DNA of 61,018 bases, filler included. It is 9 parts of 9 records of this genome, joined end to end, with 100 filler letters (N's around TTAATTAATTAA, not from the genome) between each part and the next. Parts side by side here need not be neighbours in the genome. Positions count along the whole stretch, not along the records: positions 23,063 to 31,030 come from SRR7504441_1587; positions 31,131 to 35,855 come from SRR7504441_1598; positions 35,956 to 40,864 come from SRR7504441_1625; 6 more parts are not named here. One strand, 5' to 3'. Position 1 is the first letter of the stretch, and each line of letters starts with the position of its first letter. The notes below the pieces were generated by a model, which saw only the letters and a program-made list of their open reading frames with translations, had not been told where the DNA came from and did not search any database. A program made the translations under genes and the position numbers. This document shows positions 26,529 to 36,066 of this stretch, in pieces.

Positions 26529-27614
26529 ATGGAAGCACTGAGCCGGAGAGACTTTTCCCAAGGTATGGAGGCACCCGCCGGCTACTACGGGGCCGCGGGC
26601 GCCGAGGCCGACAGTCCGGTGCAGCCCGGCGTGTTATGGTGCCATGACCCGGCCTGCCTCGACTCCCTCGAGCGCTTCGATGGCCAGGTAGAGCTGGCGC
26701 TGCATACGGCCCAGATGCACAGTACTGATTCCGTCCAGCTCCCGGCAGCGCTCGGCGCAGAGGACATAGCTGGATTGATTGAAAGCGCTAAGGCGGAGGG
26801 CGCAAGGTCCTTCAAACGCCTGCGCAAAGAGCTGCATGGAGACGGAAGCCTCGCTTACTCTATAGACGGCGCGCGGTGCTTTCGGATCGACTCCCAGTGC
26901 TGGGCAGCGTTCGAGCAGCTCTCGGATATCAGTGAGGCGGACAACAGAGAGAGAGCCTTCATAGTGGCGATCGACGAGGATAGGGCGTTGGCATTGGAGT
27001 GCTACATATGCTCTATCGGTGACGAGAATGGCTGCCTGCACTCCGCCGCGGACATCCGGCGAGCCAGAGCTGAGGCCCCTCGAGGCACAGTCCTCGCATT
27101 CGGGCACACCCACCCAGTGTGGTGGACTAACCCTCATGCTGCCAGTCTCGGGGGCTACAACCACGGTGTGAGCGCAGATTATCCTCGCAAATTCGGTGAC
27201 TGAATGGCAAGTTTAGTGGACATTTGACAGTGCTTGGAGGTGCAATGCCGTCCGATATATTTGCCGGGATAGAGTTATGGACATCGATGACTGATGACTT
27301 GACCACAGGAGCAGCTATCGATATGAATGGGGAAGCTGCTCGCAGCATCATTTCGGAGACAGTCTTGAAGCCTAGGCTGTATAAAAAGCATGGAGCGGGT
27401 GAGCTGCGTGATTGTACCTGGGCTCTCAGCTGTGAGTGGCTTGGCAGATTTCTGTGCGTTCATGTGTCACCACACACCGGGTTATCTTCCAGAAGCCATC
27501 GGACAGGTCTCACAATTCGAGTTTATATTCTCTCCCCGCCTCCGACAGTTGGGAGTATTCAGGCCAATCCCACCTAATAAGGTAGTATACGTTCCTTGGT
27601 GTGTTCATGGATAG
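26529..27614 (+). CDS. Putative JAB/MPN+-like metalloprotein with an N-terminal C2H2-like zinc finger
   Basis: CHDPAC...LALHTAQMH finger; NRERAFIVAID strand with Glu; LAFGHTHP motif. Introns 27196-27230 and 27399-27447 give the C-terminus KHGADF...FIFSPRLRQLGVF. Confidence 0.55.
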
Positions 27615-27996
27615 TTTTAAACTGAGTACAAGTATTCGTATTAATTTTCCACGCAATCGTTGAAATTGGAGTGGAAAAAGGATTAATCGTCAGTAGACCG
27701 ATTAGCCGATACGAGATCGGCGCCGCTCGGCCGCGACTGTACACGATCTGATCGGGTGGGATCAATCGACCAAAGACGCTCATGATTACTCGCATCACGC
27801 GCTCAGCGCCACGCATCTTTACTACGTGTATTAGCTCAAACCAGCCCCTCACGCGCATGCAGGCACATGTCTCACGTATGCGTGTGGCTCGAGCAACCAT
27901 CCCACCACCGCCGGTCTGGCCACCGGCATCCACGCCGGCAGACGCTTTGCACTGCCGCTCCCCCGCCACCCAATAGTTGTAGCCAGCTTTCCATAC

Positions 27997-28421
27997 CTAG
28001 AAGTTGTAGGAGGCCGACCGCTTTTGTCGGTGCGGGTGCGGGTACTTATTCTCATAGTGCAGCGACCACATGATCGCCACCAGCGACAAGCCCTGCCCGG
28101 CTGGCTCACCCGGCCGCCCGCCGCAGACCCACCTGCGCCGCCACCCGCGCGCGCATGAAGAACTGTGATCTGCGGGCATTGCCGTCCTTGAACGACTTTA
28201 GTCCGGATCCGAGGATTATGGCGGTCGAGCCCACGCCTGGCAGCCGGCGCTGGCCGGGGGCGGGTTAGTTAGCACACCTAGCGGTACCAGCCAGTCCCGC
28301 TGCAGCTTGTCCCAAATGTCAGGCTCGAGCTGTGGCTCAGAGCCGCGGGCCGCCAGTACATCCTCCTCGGTTTGCTGTCATGCCCAGGTCCCACTTGCCC
28401 AGGCCCAGGGCAGCGCACCAT
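27997..28421 (-). CDS. HIG1: HIG1/Rcf1-family mitochondrial inner-membrane protein (not recovered by the ORF track)
   Basis: Spliced product ...WDKLQRDWLVPLGVGSTAIILGSGLKSFKDGNARRSQFFMRARVAAQGLSLVAIM matches the HIG1 signature (PLG...G...SQxxMRxRVAAQG). Three GT-AG micro-introns. Confidence 0.85.
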
Positions 28422-28558
28422 CCGGCCGCTCGATGCACCTCGGCGGTGTGTTCCCTCCCCGGTCCAGGCAATCAGCTTGCCGTTGTGCGAGCGCAAGAGC
28501 TTGACCAAGTTTTGTCGAAGCGCCTGGAGGCGCGGCGCAGAGTAGCTCTCCAGGGACG

Positions 28559-30449
28559 ATGGCGGGCGGTGGAGCTCTGGCCGGGGCGGTTCAGACGGTG
28601 GCCCGACTGCTCTGCTCGTTGGGCAAGCCCGGGCAGCTAGTGCTCTGGGGGCTGATGGCTTCCGGCCTCACCGGCTTCAGCATGGCGGTGCTGCTCTTCG
28701 TGTTGCCCTGCGCTCTGGCGGCCGCCTGGGTATATTTCCTTCTGAGCTGCCTCCCGTTCGGGCGAAGCAACATCAACGTGGAGATCGCGGCCAAAATGGC
28801 GGCCGAGGAGGCCGAGTTGCGGGCCCAGGGCCGACTGACCCACCTGCTGACCACAAATCGGGCGCCGTTTGTCATCGGGCTCGTGCTGCCGATCTCGCTG
28901 ATTTACGACATGTTCTACTACCTGCGGAGCGCCTACATCCAGGCCGCGTGCGCGGGCCGGCCGGAGCTTCACCAAGCCCGTGTGGCCGCCATCCAGCAGC
29001 AAGTTCGCCAATGGGCCTCAGCAGGCCGGTGCCAGCGGATGGTTACTGCCCGGCCGGGCTGGCTGTCCATATCGCCCAATTTCAAGGAATACAAGGCCGA
29101 GGCCTGCCAGGTGACGGTGCCGCTGTACGATGTGCTCGAGGTGGATGAGGAGGGAGGTACGGTGCTGGTCGAACCTCAGGTGACTATGGGCCAGCTCACG
29201 CAGACGATCATCCCTCTAGGGTGGACCCTCCCGGTGGTGCCCGAGATGGACGACCTCACCTGCGGCGGGCTGATCTGCGGCTGTGGGATTGAATGCTCGA
29301 GCCATAGGTACGGACTGTTCCAAGCAATTTGTGTCGAGTTTGAATTAGTCGACTGCGATGGCCAAGTCGTCAGCTGCTCGGCCCAACGGAACCCGGATCT
29401 CTTCAGAGCCGTCCCGTGGAGCTACGGCACTCTGGGCTTTCTGACCGCCGCCAGGCTGAGGATGATTCGGGCCAAGCCGTTTGTACGCCTCACTTACATG
29501 CCATTCAGTGCGGACGGGCTCAATTCCAAGTTCAGCGAAGCCTTCAGCAAGGCGACCAGCGAGGGAGTGCAGAGCTCGGGGCCCGAGTTCGTTGAAGGGA
29601 TCGTGTATTCGCCGGATCATTCCGTGCTCATGGTCGGCGACTTTGCCGACGCGCCCGGCCCGGGAGAGACTTTGAATCGCATTGGGAAGTTTTGGAAGGT
29701 GCCGCCCGTTGGGATTGCGCTAGTAATAGCTGGGCGTGCAGCCGTGGTTTTACGAGCACGTGCGGGGGACGTCGGAGGTGCGCACGGAGCTCATCCCTCT
29801 GCGCGACTACTACCACCGGCACACGAAAGCTATCTTCTGGGAGCTGCACGACATTATTCCGGGAGGCAACCACTGGCTCTTCCGTTACCTGCTCGGCTGG
29901 ATGGTCCCACCCAAGGTCTCGTTCCTCAAGCTCACCCAGACCGAGGCAATCCGCACCATGTATGAGAAGCAGCATGTGATCCAAGACATGCTCACCCCCC
30001 TCTCAACGCTCTCCAGCTCGCTCGAATGTTTCCGGAAGAACTACACCGGACTCTACCCACTATGGATATGCCCGTTCCGGCTCGAACGCGTGCCAGGGCT
30101 GGTGCACCCGGCTGGCGACGACGGAGAGGACCTTTACGTCGACCTCGGAGCGTACGGGGTGCCGGATGCGGCGCGTGTGGGGGAGTTTAATGCGGTCTCG
30201 GCCGGGCGGGCAGTGGAGGATTTCGTGCGGCAAGTGAAAGGGTTCCAGATGCTGTACGCCGACACGTACATGAGCAACCAGGAGTTCCGCGAGATGTTTG
30301 ACCACTCACTTTACGATAAGCTGCGGACTGAGCCGGTGAAGGCTGCCTTTCCTGACATCTTCCACAAAGTGTGCAAGAAGTCCAACTCAAAGAAGGGACC
30401 CGAACAAATGGCCAACGGGTCGCACGGCAAGACGCAGAAGATAGAGTAG
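28559..30449 (+). CDS. DHCR24: Delta(24)-sterol reductase (DHCR24/DWF1 family)
   Basis: VEPQVTMGQL, LPVVPEMDDLTCGGLI, SSHRYGLF, AVPWSYGTLGFL, PLRDYYHRH, KGFQMLYAD and AFPDIFHKV motifs. The intron near 29699-29740 restores FWKPWFY. Confidence 0.95.
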
Positions 30450-30823
30450 ATAAGGATTAAGACGACGAGTCGCGACATTGGTCACACCGAGGTCGGCGAT
30501 GTTTAGCGAGTAGTACCGTGAACGGACGTGACACTAACGTGACACTTCGTTCGTCAAGACTTTGAACATGAGCGTGCTGTAAAGCGTGCTGCATGCCTAT
30601 TAAAGCTTGCGCATGCCCATGCTAAACTAAGCAGTACGCTGTTTCAATAAGTGTTTGGCATAAGTATATTTCCACACTACATCTTCTATATTTATGTACA
30701 TCTTGTAGCTTTGACCAGTACCGGAATACTCATACGTGCTCGTACTGTACAAGTACCAAGCCACACGAGTACAAAGTATTGTGACTCAAGGGTGCGAACA
30801 ATGCTTAGAATGTTAGCGTCGGG

Positions 30824-31020
30824 CTACTCGTAGAGCTGCGCCGGTTGGTCTAGCTGCAGCATCAACTCTTTCAGCTCCTCGTCCCGAGCCCAATTGACCC
30901 CGCTCTCAATGATGAGCGCCTGCCCCCCTCGGATCGCCCCGCCATCCCTCTGACCGCACCATCAGCACATTCCGGAGCACCGCATTCTTCTCGCACAGCC
31001 CGGTCACTTTGCGATCCAGC
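30824..31020 (-). CDS. CENPH: C-terminal exons of a CENP-H (Mcm16/Fta3)-like kinetochore protein, 5'-partial
   Basis: Exons 30960-31020 and 30824-30919 (40-nt GT-AG intron) give VLRNVLMALIIESGVNWARDEELKELMLQLDQ, matching the CENP-H C-terminal motif (VFQNLILGSxVNWAEDPxLxEIVL, recalled from memory). Confidence 0.75.
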
Positions 31021-31030
31021 CTGCCCCCCC

Positions 31031-31130
31031 NNNNNNNNNNNNNNNNNNNNNNNNNNNNNNNNNNNNNNNNNNNNTTAATTAATTAANNNNNNNNNNNNNN
31101 NNNNNNNNNNNNNNNNNNNNNNNNNNNNNN
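31031..31130. other. Artificial contig spacer
   Basis: N44-TTAATTAATTAA-N44. Confidence 0.98.
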
Positions 31131-32206
31131 GGCTAGACAGAGGGCAGAATCAGAGGCGGCCAGGAAGAAGGCGGAGGCTGAGGCTGAGGAGGCTAGAAAG
31201 AGGGTAGAATCAGAGGCGGCCAGGAGGAAGGCGGAGGCTGAGGCGGCGAGGAAGAAAATGGAGGAGGCTAGGAGGAAGACAGAGGCGGATAGGAGGGAGG
31301 CGAAGGCTGAGGCAGAGGCAGAGGACGCTAGAAAGAGATTAGAGACAGAGGAGGCTAGGAAGAAGGCAGACGCGGAGGCGGCTAGGTTGAAGGCAGAGGC
31401 GAAAGCAGAAGCCGAGGAGGCCAGGAAGAAGGCAGCGGCCAAAAGGAAAACCAAACCTAAATCGGGCGCTATCAAGCGACTTCCGCCCAAGGCGCGGGAC
31501 TGGTTCAGCTACGCCTAATTCGGTTGGACAGGCAGAGGCATCTGAGCCACAACAGTGCCTGCTACAGGCACTCACCCTGCCGGTCAAACTTGGGCCGTGC
31601 GACAAATGCGACGGCGACCACCATGCCGACGACTGCCCATTTTTTAGCAAGCCCCGCGAGGACCACCACGACTCGATGGAGAACTTTGGCTCCCACACTG
31701 ACTCATCGTGTGGCTCCAGTATGGTGCGGGTTGTAGTGCTCATGGTGTCGACTGGCGTGCAGGTGCAGCTGCGAGGGGCACAGGTGGTGCCTCAGCCCGG
31801 TGATGGGTCGTGTCTGTTCCACTCGCTGGCTTTCGGGCTCGGCCGGAGAGACGCGGTGGAGTTGAGGGCGAGAGTGGCTGACTTTGTGCAGGATAATCCA
31901 TCCGAACGCATAGCTGGGACGGCAATAGAGGATTGGGTGGAGTGGGATTCGGGTCTGAGCGTGCAAGACTACGCTGCTAAGATGCGGGTAGGCAGCCATT
32001 GGGGTGGCGCAATAGAAATGGCTGTGCTCACGCTCGCCGATAAGGTGAGCGTGCACGTTTATGAGCGGAGAGGCGGTGATTTTGTCTGTATTTCGGCGTT
32101 TGACACAACCACTGGCTGCTCAAATGATGCGCCTATCAATGTCTTGTACCAAGGCGGGGTGCACTATGATGCACTGCGGGGAGGATCGATACATTCTATT
32201 AAATGA
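31131..32206 (+). CDS. 5'-partial OTU-family deubiquitinase with E/A/R/K helical repeats and a CxxCxxxHxxxxC zinc knuckle
   Basis: GDGSCLFHSL (catalytic Cys), WGGAIE and YQGGVHYD (His). GC-AG intron 31492-31531 links the repeat region to CDKCDGDHHADDC. Confidence 0.88.
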
Positions 32207-32359
32207 CGTATGCAGTGGTTTGTCGAATTTGTAGCGTTGTAGTCGGCTTGGACTATTTTTTGTAGAATACGTGTAGCGAACTCATCAACGGTGCCCCAAG
32301 TTACAAGTTACACTATTGAGAGGGTCGAAAAAGTAAAGAGAAAAGTAAGGCTTGCGCGC

Positions 32360-33001
32360 ATGAAGATCCGCGTGCTCCTGTTCGCCTTGATGCTCGATCT
32401 GGCGCTCGCTCGCCAGATAGCGACGAAGCCACAGGTCTCATCCGCCGCTCATTTGGTTCAGAGCCCGAATGAGATGCCACTCGCGAAGATCGTCGTGATC
32501 CCCAAAAGGAGCAGCGCCAACCCGGACATCGCCCCAGCCAACCCGGACATCATCAGCCTAAAGCCAGCACCACCCGCCGGGCCGTCCAACGACATCAAGC
32601 GACCGGCAGGTCCGGGGTGGCATCGGGCGGACCCGGCTGGCTGGATCCGGGACGGCGACCAGGTGGCGGGACTGGCACACGTCGTTGTTCCGGAGCAGCA
32701 GCCAGGCAGGGGGGAGCGCCATCACGTCCAGCCGCGGACGAATGCTGCGGCAGGCTCGCCGGGAAGAGCCTCTGACGAGTTCGCTGAGGTGAAGGAAACT
32801 ATGATGAAGGCCAATGCCGAGGCCTACGCGGCTATCAAGAAGGCAGCTATCGAGAATGAGGAGACCATCAAGAAGGGAGCGGCCGAGGCCGAGGCGGCCA
32901 TAAAGAAGGCAGGCGCCGTCGAGGAGGAAGTTATCAAGAAGGCAGAAGCCGAGGCTGAGGCGGCTAGCTCTAGTCAGAAGCTAAAAAGCGGAGGAGCCTA
33001 G
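32360..33001 (+). CDS. Small predicted secreted protein with a Pro-rich region and 11-aa amphipathic repeats
   Basis: Signal-like MKIRVLLFALMLDLALA; ANPDI x2; AEAYAAIKKAA / IENEETIKKGA / AEAEAAIKKAG / AVEEEVIKKAE. Confidence 0.6.
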   Translation: MKIRVLLFALMLDLALARQIATKPQVSSAAHLVQSPNEMPLAKIVVIPKRSSANPDIAPANPDIISLKPAPPAGPSNDIKRPAGPGWHRADPAGWIRDGDQVAGLAHVVVPEQQPGRGERHHVQPRTNAAAGSPGRASDEFAEVKETMMKANAEAYAAIKKAAIENEETIKKGAAEAEAAIKKAGAVEEEVIKKAEAEAEAASSSQKLKSGGA

Positions 33002-33190
33002 CCAAGGTACAGTAGGTGGTACTCGTAGCTGCCGTACAGTAGGGGGTACTGCCGTAATTACGTCACGACCACGCTTCAATGCAACATAAAATGTAACATC
33101 TAGTTATAACTAGGCCTAGGAATGCCACCATAAGCTTTCTCCGATGCTTGGGCCCAATCCCCCAATCATACCGAACTAACTTTGAGCTCC

Positions 33191-34006
33191 CTACCTTGTT
33201 CTATTGTTCCACTCCACCACTCCAGGGTGCGCCGCCACGGCGTCTAGCAGCGCCTGCAGCCGCGGGCACCCATCGAGCAGCGCCGCTGCCCCCGGCACGC
33301 CTTCGCAGAATGAGCCGTCGAGCAGGCCACCCCCAAGCACATAAAAGCTCAGGTCGCAGATCGTCAGCGCCTCACCACAGAAGAATGGCCCGCCGTCGCC
33401 GCCTTGGACCAGCAGCCGCTCGAGCTGCGCGAACCGGGCCGGGAGCACCTCCTCTCCCAGCAGCCGCGCCGTCTGGCTCTTCTGCTCAGCGGTCATCGCC
33501 ACCAGCGGCGCACCGGTGGTCGGACTACGCCCTAGGCAGTGCCCGTACCATTGCGGCCGGAGCGCGATCTTGATGTCTGTCAGCGCCTCCTCCACGCTGT
33601 CCACTCGCAGCTGCAGCGCGGGCGGGTAGAGCCAGCCCACCCGCCGCCCGGCCCACCGGAGCAGCGCGTTCGTCTGGGCGTGCCGCTCGTCCGCCGCGCC
33701 GTCGCTCGAGCCGTCCAGCAGCTCCAGCAATGGCACCTGCCCAAAGGCCAGCGTCCCGTCGTCGCGCAGCGCCGCGACCTGCTCGTAGGTGACGCGGCGG
33801 TCCTCGAAAGGCACCTTGCCCAGGTGAAGCGCCAGCCGGATCGGCTCGGCCGCCCCTTTGATATCTAAGTACGTGAGCCGGATCCGCCGCCGGTCGAGGC
33901 TGCAGCTGGGCTTGCGCAGTCGCATGGCTGCGTGGTAGGCGATCACGCCGAGCCCGGCACCGCAGGCTATCCACTTGAAGCGGTCCACGGATTGTGACTG
34001 CGACAT
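33191..34006 (-). CDS. Glutathione S-transferase (sigma-like) with an N-terminal hydrophobic anchor
   Basis: IRLTYLDIKGAAEPIRLAL, FGQVPLLE, AQTNALLRW and FFCGEALTICDL motifs. Confidence 0.92.
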   Translation of the reverse strand: MSQSQSVDRFKWIACGAGLGVIAYHAAMRLRKPSCSLDRRRIRLTYLDIKGAAEPIRLALHLGKVPFEDRRVTYEQVAALRDDGTLAFGQVPLLELLDGSSDGAADERHAQTNALLRWAGRRVGWLYPPALQLRVDSVEEALTDIKIALRPQWYGHCLGRSPTTGAPLVAMTAEQKSQTARLLGEEVLPARFAQLERLLVQGGDGGPFFCGEALTICDLSFYVLGGGLLDGSFCEGVPGAAALLDGCPRLQALLDAVAAHPGVVEWNNRTR

Positions 34007-34053
34007 GGGCTCGGATTCACCGATTGTCGTTAGCGCGGCCGGACGCCGGAGAG

Positions 34054-35855
34054 ATGTTCCAGATGAACAGGCTCGGGGTGGGCTACGGGCTGGCCTCTGC
34101 GGGGCTGCAGGCCGCGATCTTGATCAGCTGGGTCGGCATCCTGGTCGTCTCCCGCCGGGCCAAGGCCAGTAGCCAGCACATCCAGTCTGCCGCCGAAACC
34201 ACACCTACCAGCGGCCCGCTCACGATCGAACTGTCCGCGCTGCGCACCGCAGAGCACATGGAAGCGGACGATGCCAGCCCTGTGCCATCCCAGGCTGTGG
34301 CAGCTCCTGGCGCCGAGAGCCGCGACGACCAACCGCCCGGACTCAGCTCGGAGCCCTCGAGCTGCGCCACGGTGAGGACGGCGCCGCTGCTGCCATGCTA
34401 CGAGGTGGTGTGTATAATGAAGATCGGGGTCAACATATTCATATCGATGGCGATGGCGCTGCAGGAGATCGTGGTATGGCTGGCGGAGGACGACAATCAG
34501 CCCGAGTACGAATACGTGTACGCAGTGCAGCACCTCGGCTTTGCAGCAACCTCGCTAGAAATCGCCTCGTATTTCCCACTTCTGGCGCTGCTCTCCAGCT
34601 CGGCGTTTGGCACGCACGCGGTTCATCTAGCGATCGCGCTGGGGACTGTGGCCACGCTGGTTGTGTATGGAGTGATGGCAGGGCTGTGTGGGTACGACGG
34701 ATGCGCGTTTGGACTAGCCTGCAGCGACCTCCCTGGCAAAGGAGCAGGGAGATATCTTGTGCTCGGCTCAGCTACTGCACCAGCCAGCGTATTTGCTACG
34801 GCATTGCACGTGACAATGCACTACTGCAGCTGTTTTGCCGAGTTTAGCTGGCGGGCGCGTCAACCGGAGCTAGTGCTCTCCATCCTGCTGTGCGGAGTAT
34901 TCTTCTCGTCCGGGATGCTGGTGGCGTGGTACTTTGAGCCCTCGTCCGGCGGGTTCAGCATTGCGCCCAAAGTTGTGCTCCTAGTGGACGTCTTCCTTCT
35001 GTGGCATGTGATGCGGCACGACACAGAGTACTGGTCCGAGGTCTCGCTCGAGACAGGCTCGCCCGAAGCCTTCCAGCACCTGCTCTCACCTGTGCGGCGA
35101 GCGACTGCTGACGGGCTCAACGAAAGCGACTACATAGATCGGGTGACTGCTGAGCTGCGCCGGCTGAGTCAAGTTTCGGCCGAGAAAATCTCTTTTGACG
35201 AGATGAACCTCGGCCAGACGTTGGATATTTCGCAGGAGGAGCTGGGTAGAGGGTCCGCAGGGGTGGTGTACAGAGGCCGGCATAGGGGCATTCCGATAGC
35301 TGTCAAGACGCTTGCCCTGCGCATGCTCGACAGCGACACTGTGAAGCTGACCTGCTACGAATTGATGGTGGCAACTGTGCTTCGGCACCATAATATAGTC
35401 AAGTTTATTGGATTCACTGTATCCCCGCCAGAGATACACCTGGCCATGGAGCTCTGCGAGGTAGCTCAAGCTCTTGACTGGTCTCATGCCTTTTCAGGTT
35501 GGCACGCTTGCAGAGCTGCTGTATGATGAGATTCGTCCTCACCGGCTTGTTTCGGACTGCACTTGGTTGTTTGGGACAACTGGCGAGCCTCGTGTCGAGA
35601 TCCGGAAGAAACTAGCCCTGGAGATGCTGGATGCGGTTGCCTTTATTCATTGCCGGGGCTTCATCCACCGCGGCAACACCGCTACTCTGGGCTTGGCTGA
35701 CGGCCCGGTTTGCAGATTTGAAGTCCGACAATGTCATGCTAGCTGTCGACAAGACGGGTGGTGTCTGCTCAAAGCTGGGCGATTGGGGAATGGCCACCAT
35801 GTTGAACAGCGCAGTGCTGCGGAACGAGCAAGAGCAGGCGGCGGCAGCACTCAAG
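34054..35855 (+). CDS. 3'-partial multi-pass membrane protein (about 7 TM) fused to a TKL-type protein kinase
   Basis: Seven hydrophobic segments precede LGRGSAGVVYRG, IAVK and LRHHNIVKFIG. Introns 35461-35497 and 35673-35715 restore HRDLKSDN; KLGDWG follows. Confidence 0.88.
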
Positions 35856-35955
35856 NNNNNNNNNNNNNNNNNNNNNNNNNNNNNNNNNNNNNNNNNNNNT
35901 TAATTAATTAANNNNNNNNNNNNNNNNNNNNNNNNNNNNNNNNNNNNNNNNNNNN
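35856..35955. other. Artificial contig spacer
   Basis: N44-TTAATTAATTAA-N44. Confidence 0.98.
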
Positions 35956-36066
35956 GCGTCGTCCGTGCCCATTTTGGCTTAAGTCTCCCCCCGAACAACA
36001 ACGGAAAGGACTCTCAACGGCATCGCATCGGCCTCGGGAGGCGGCCAGTCAGAGCTGCGGAGGGGT

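Noticed and set aside
27201-27203. In-frame TGA or TAA stops inside apparent genes (also 54622 and 56062), suggesting stop-codon reassignment
   Set aside because: Each lies inside a short intron whose removal restores the frame, and all three stop codons are used as normal terminators elsewhere.
34004-34007. Overlapping CATG as a shared start for the GST and kinase genes
   Set aside because: The plus-strand ATG at 34005 is out of frame with the kinase ORF; the first in-frame ATG is at 34054.
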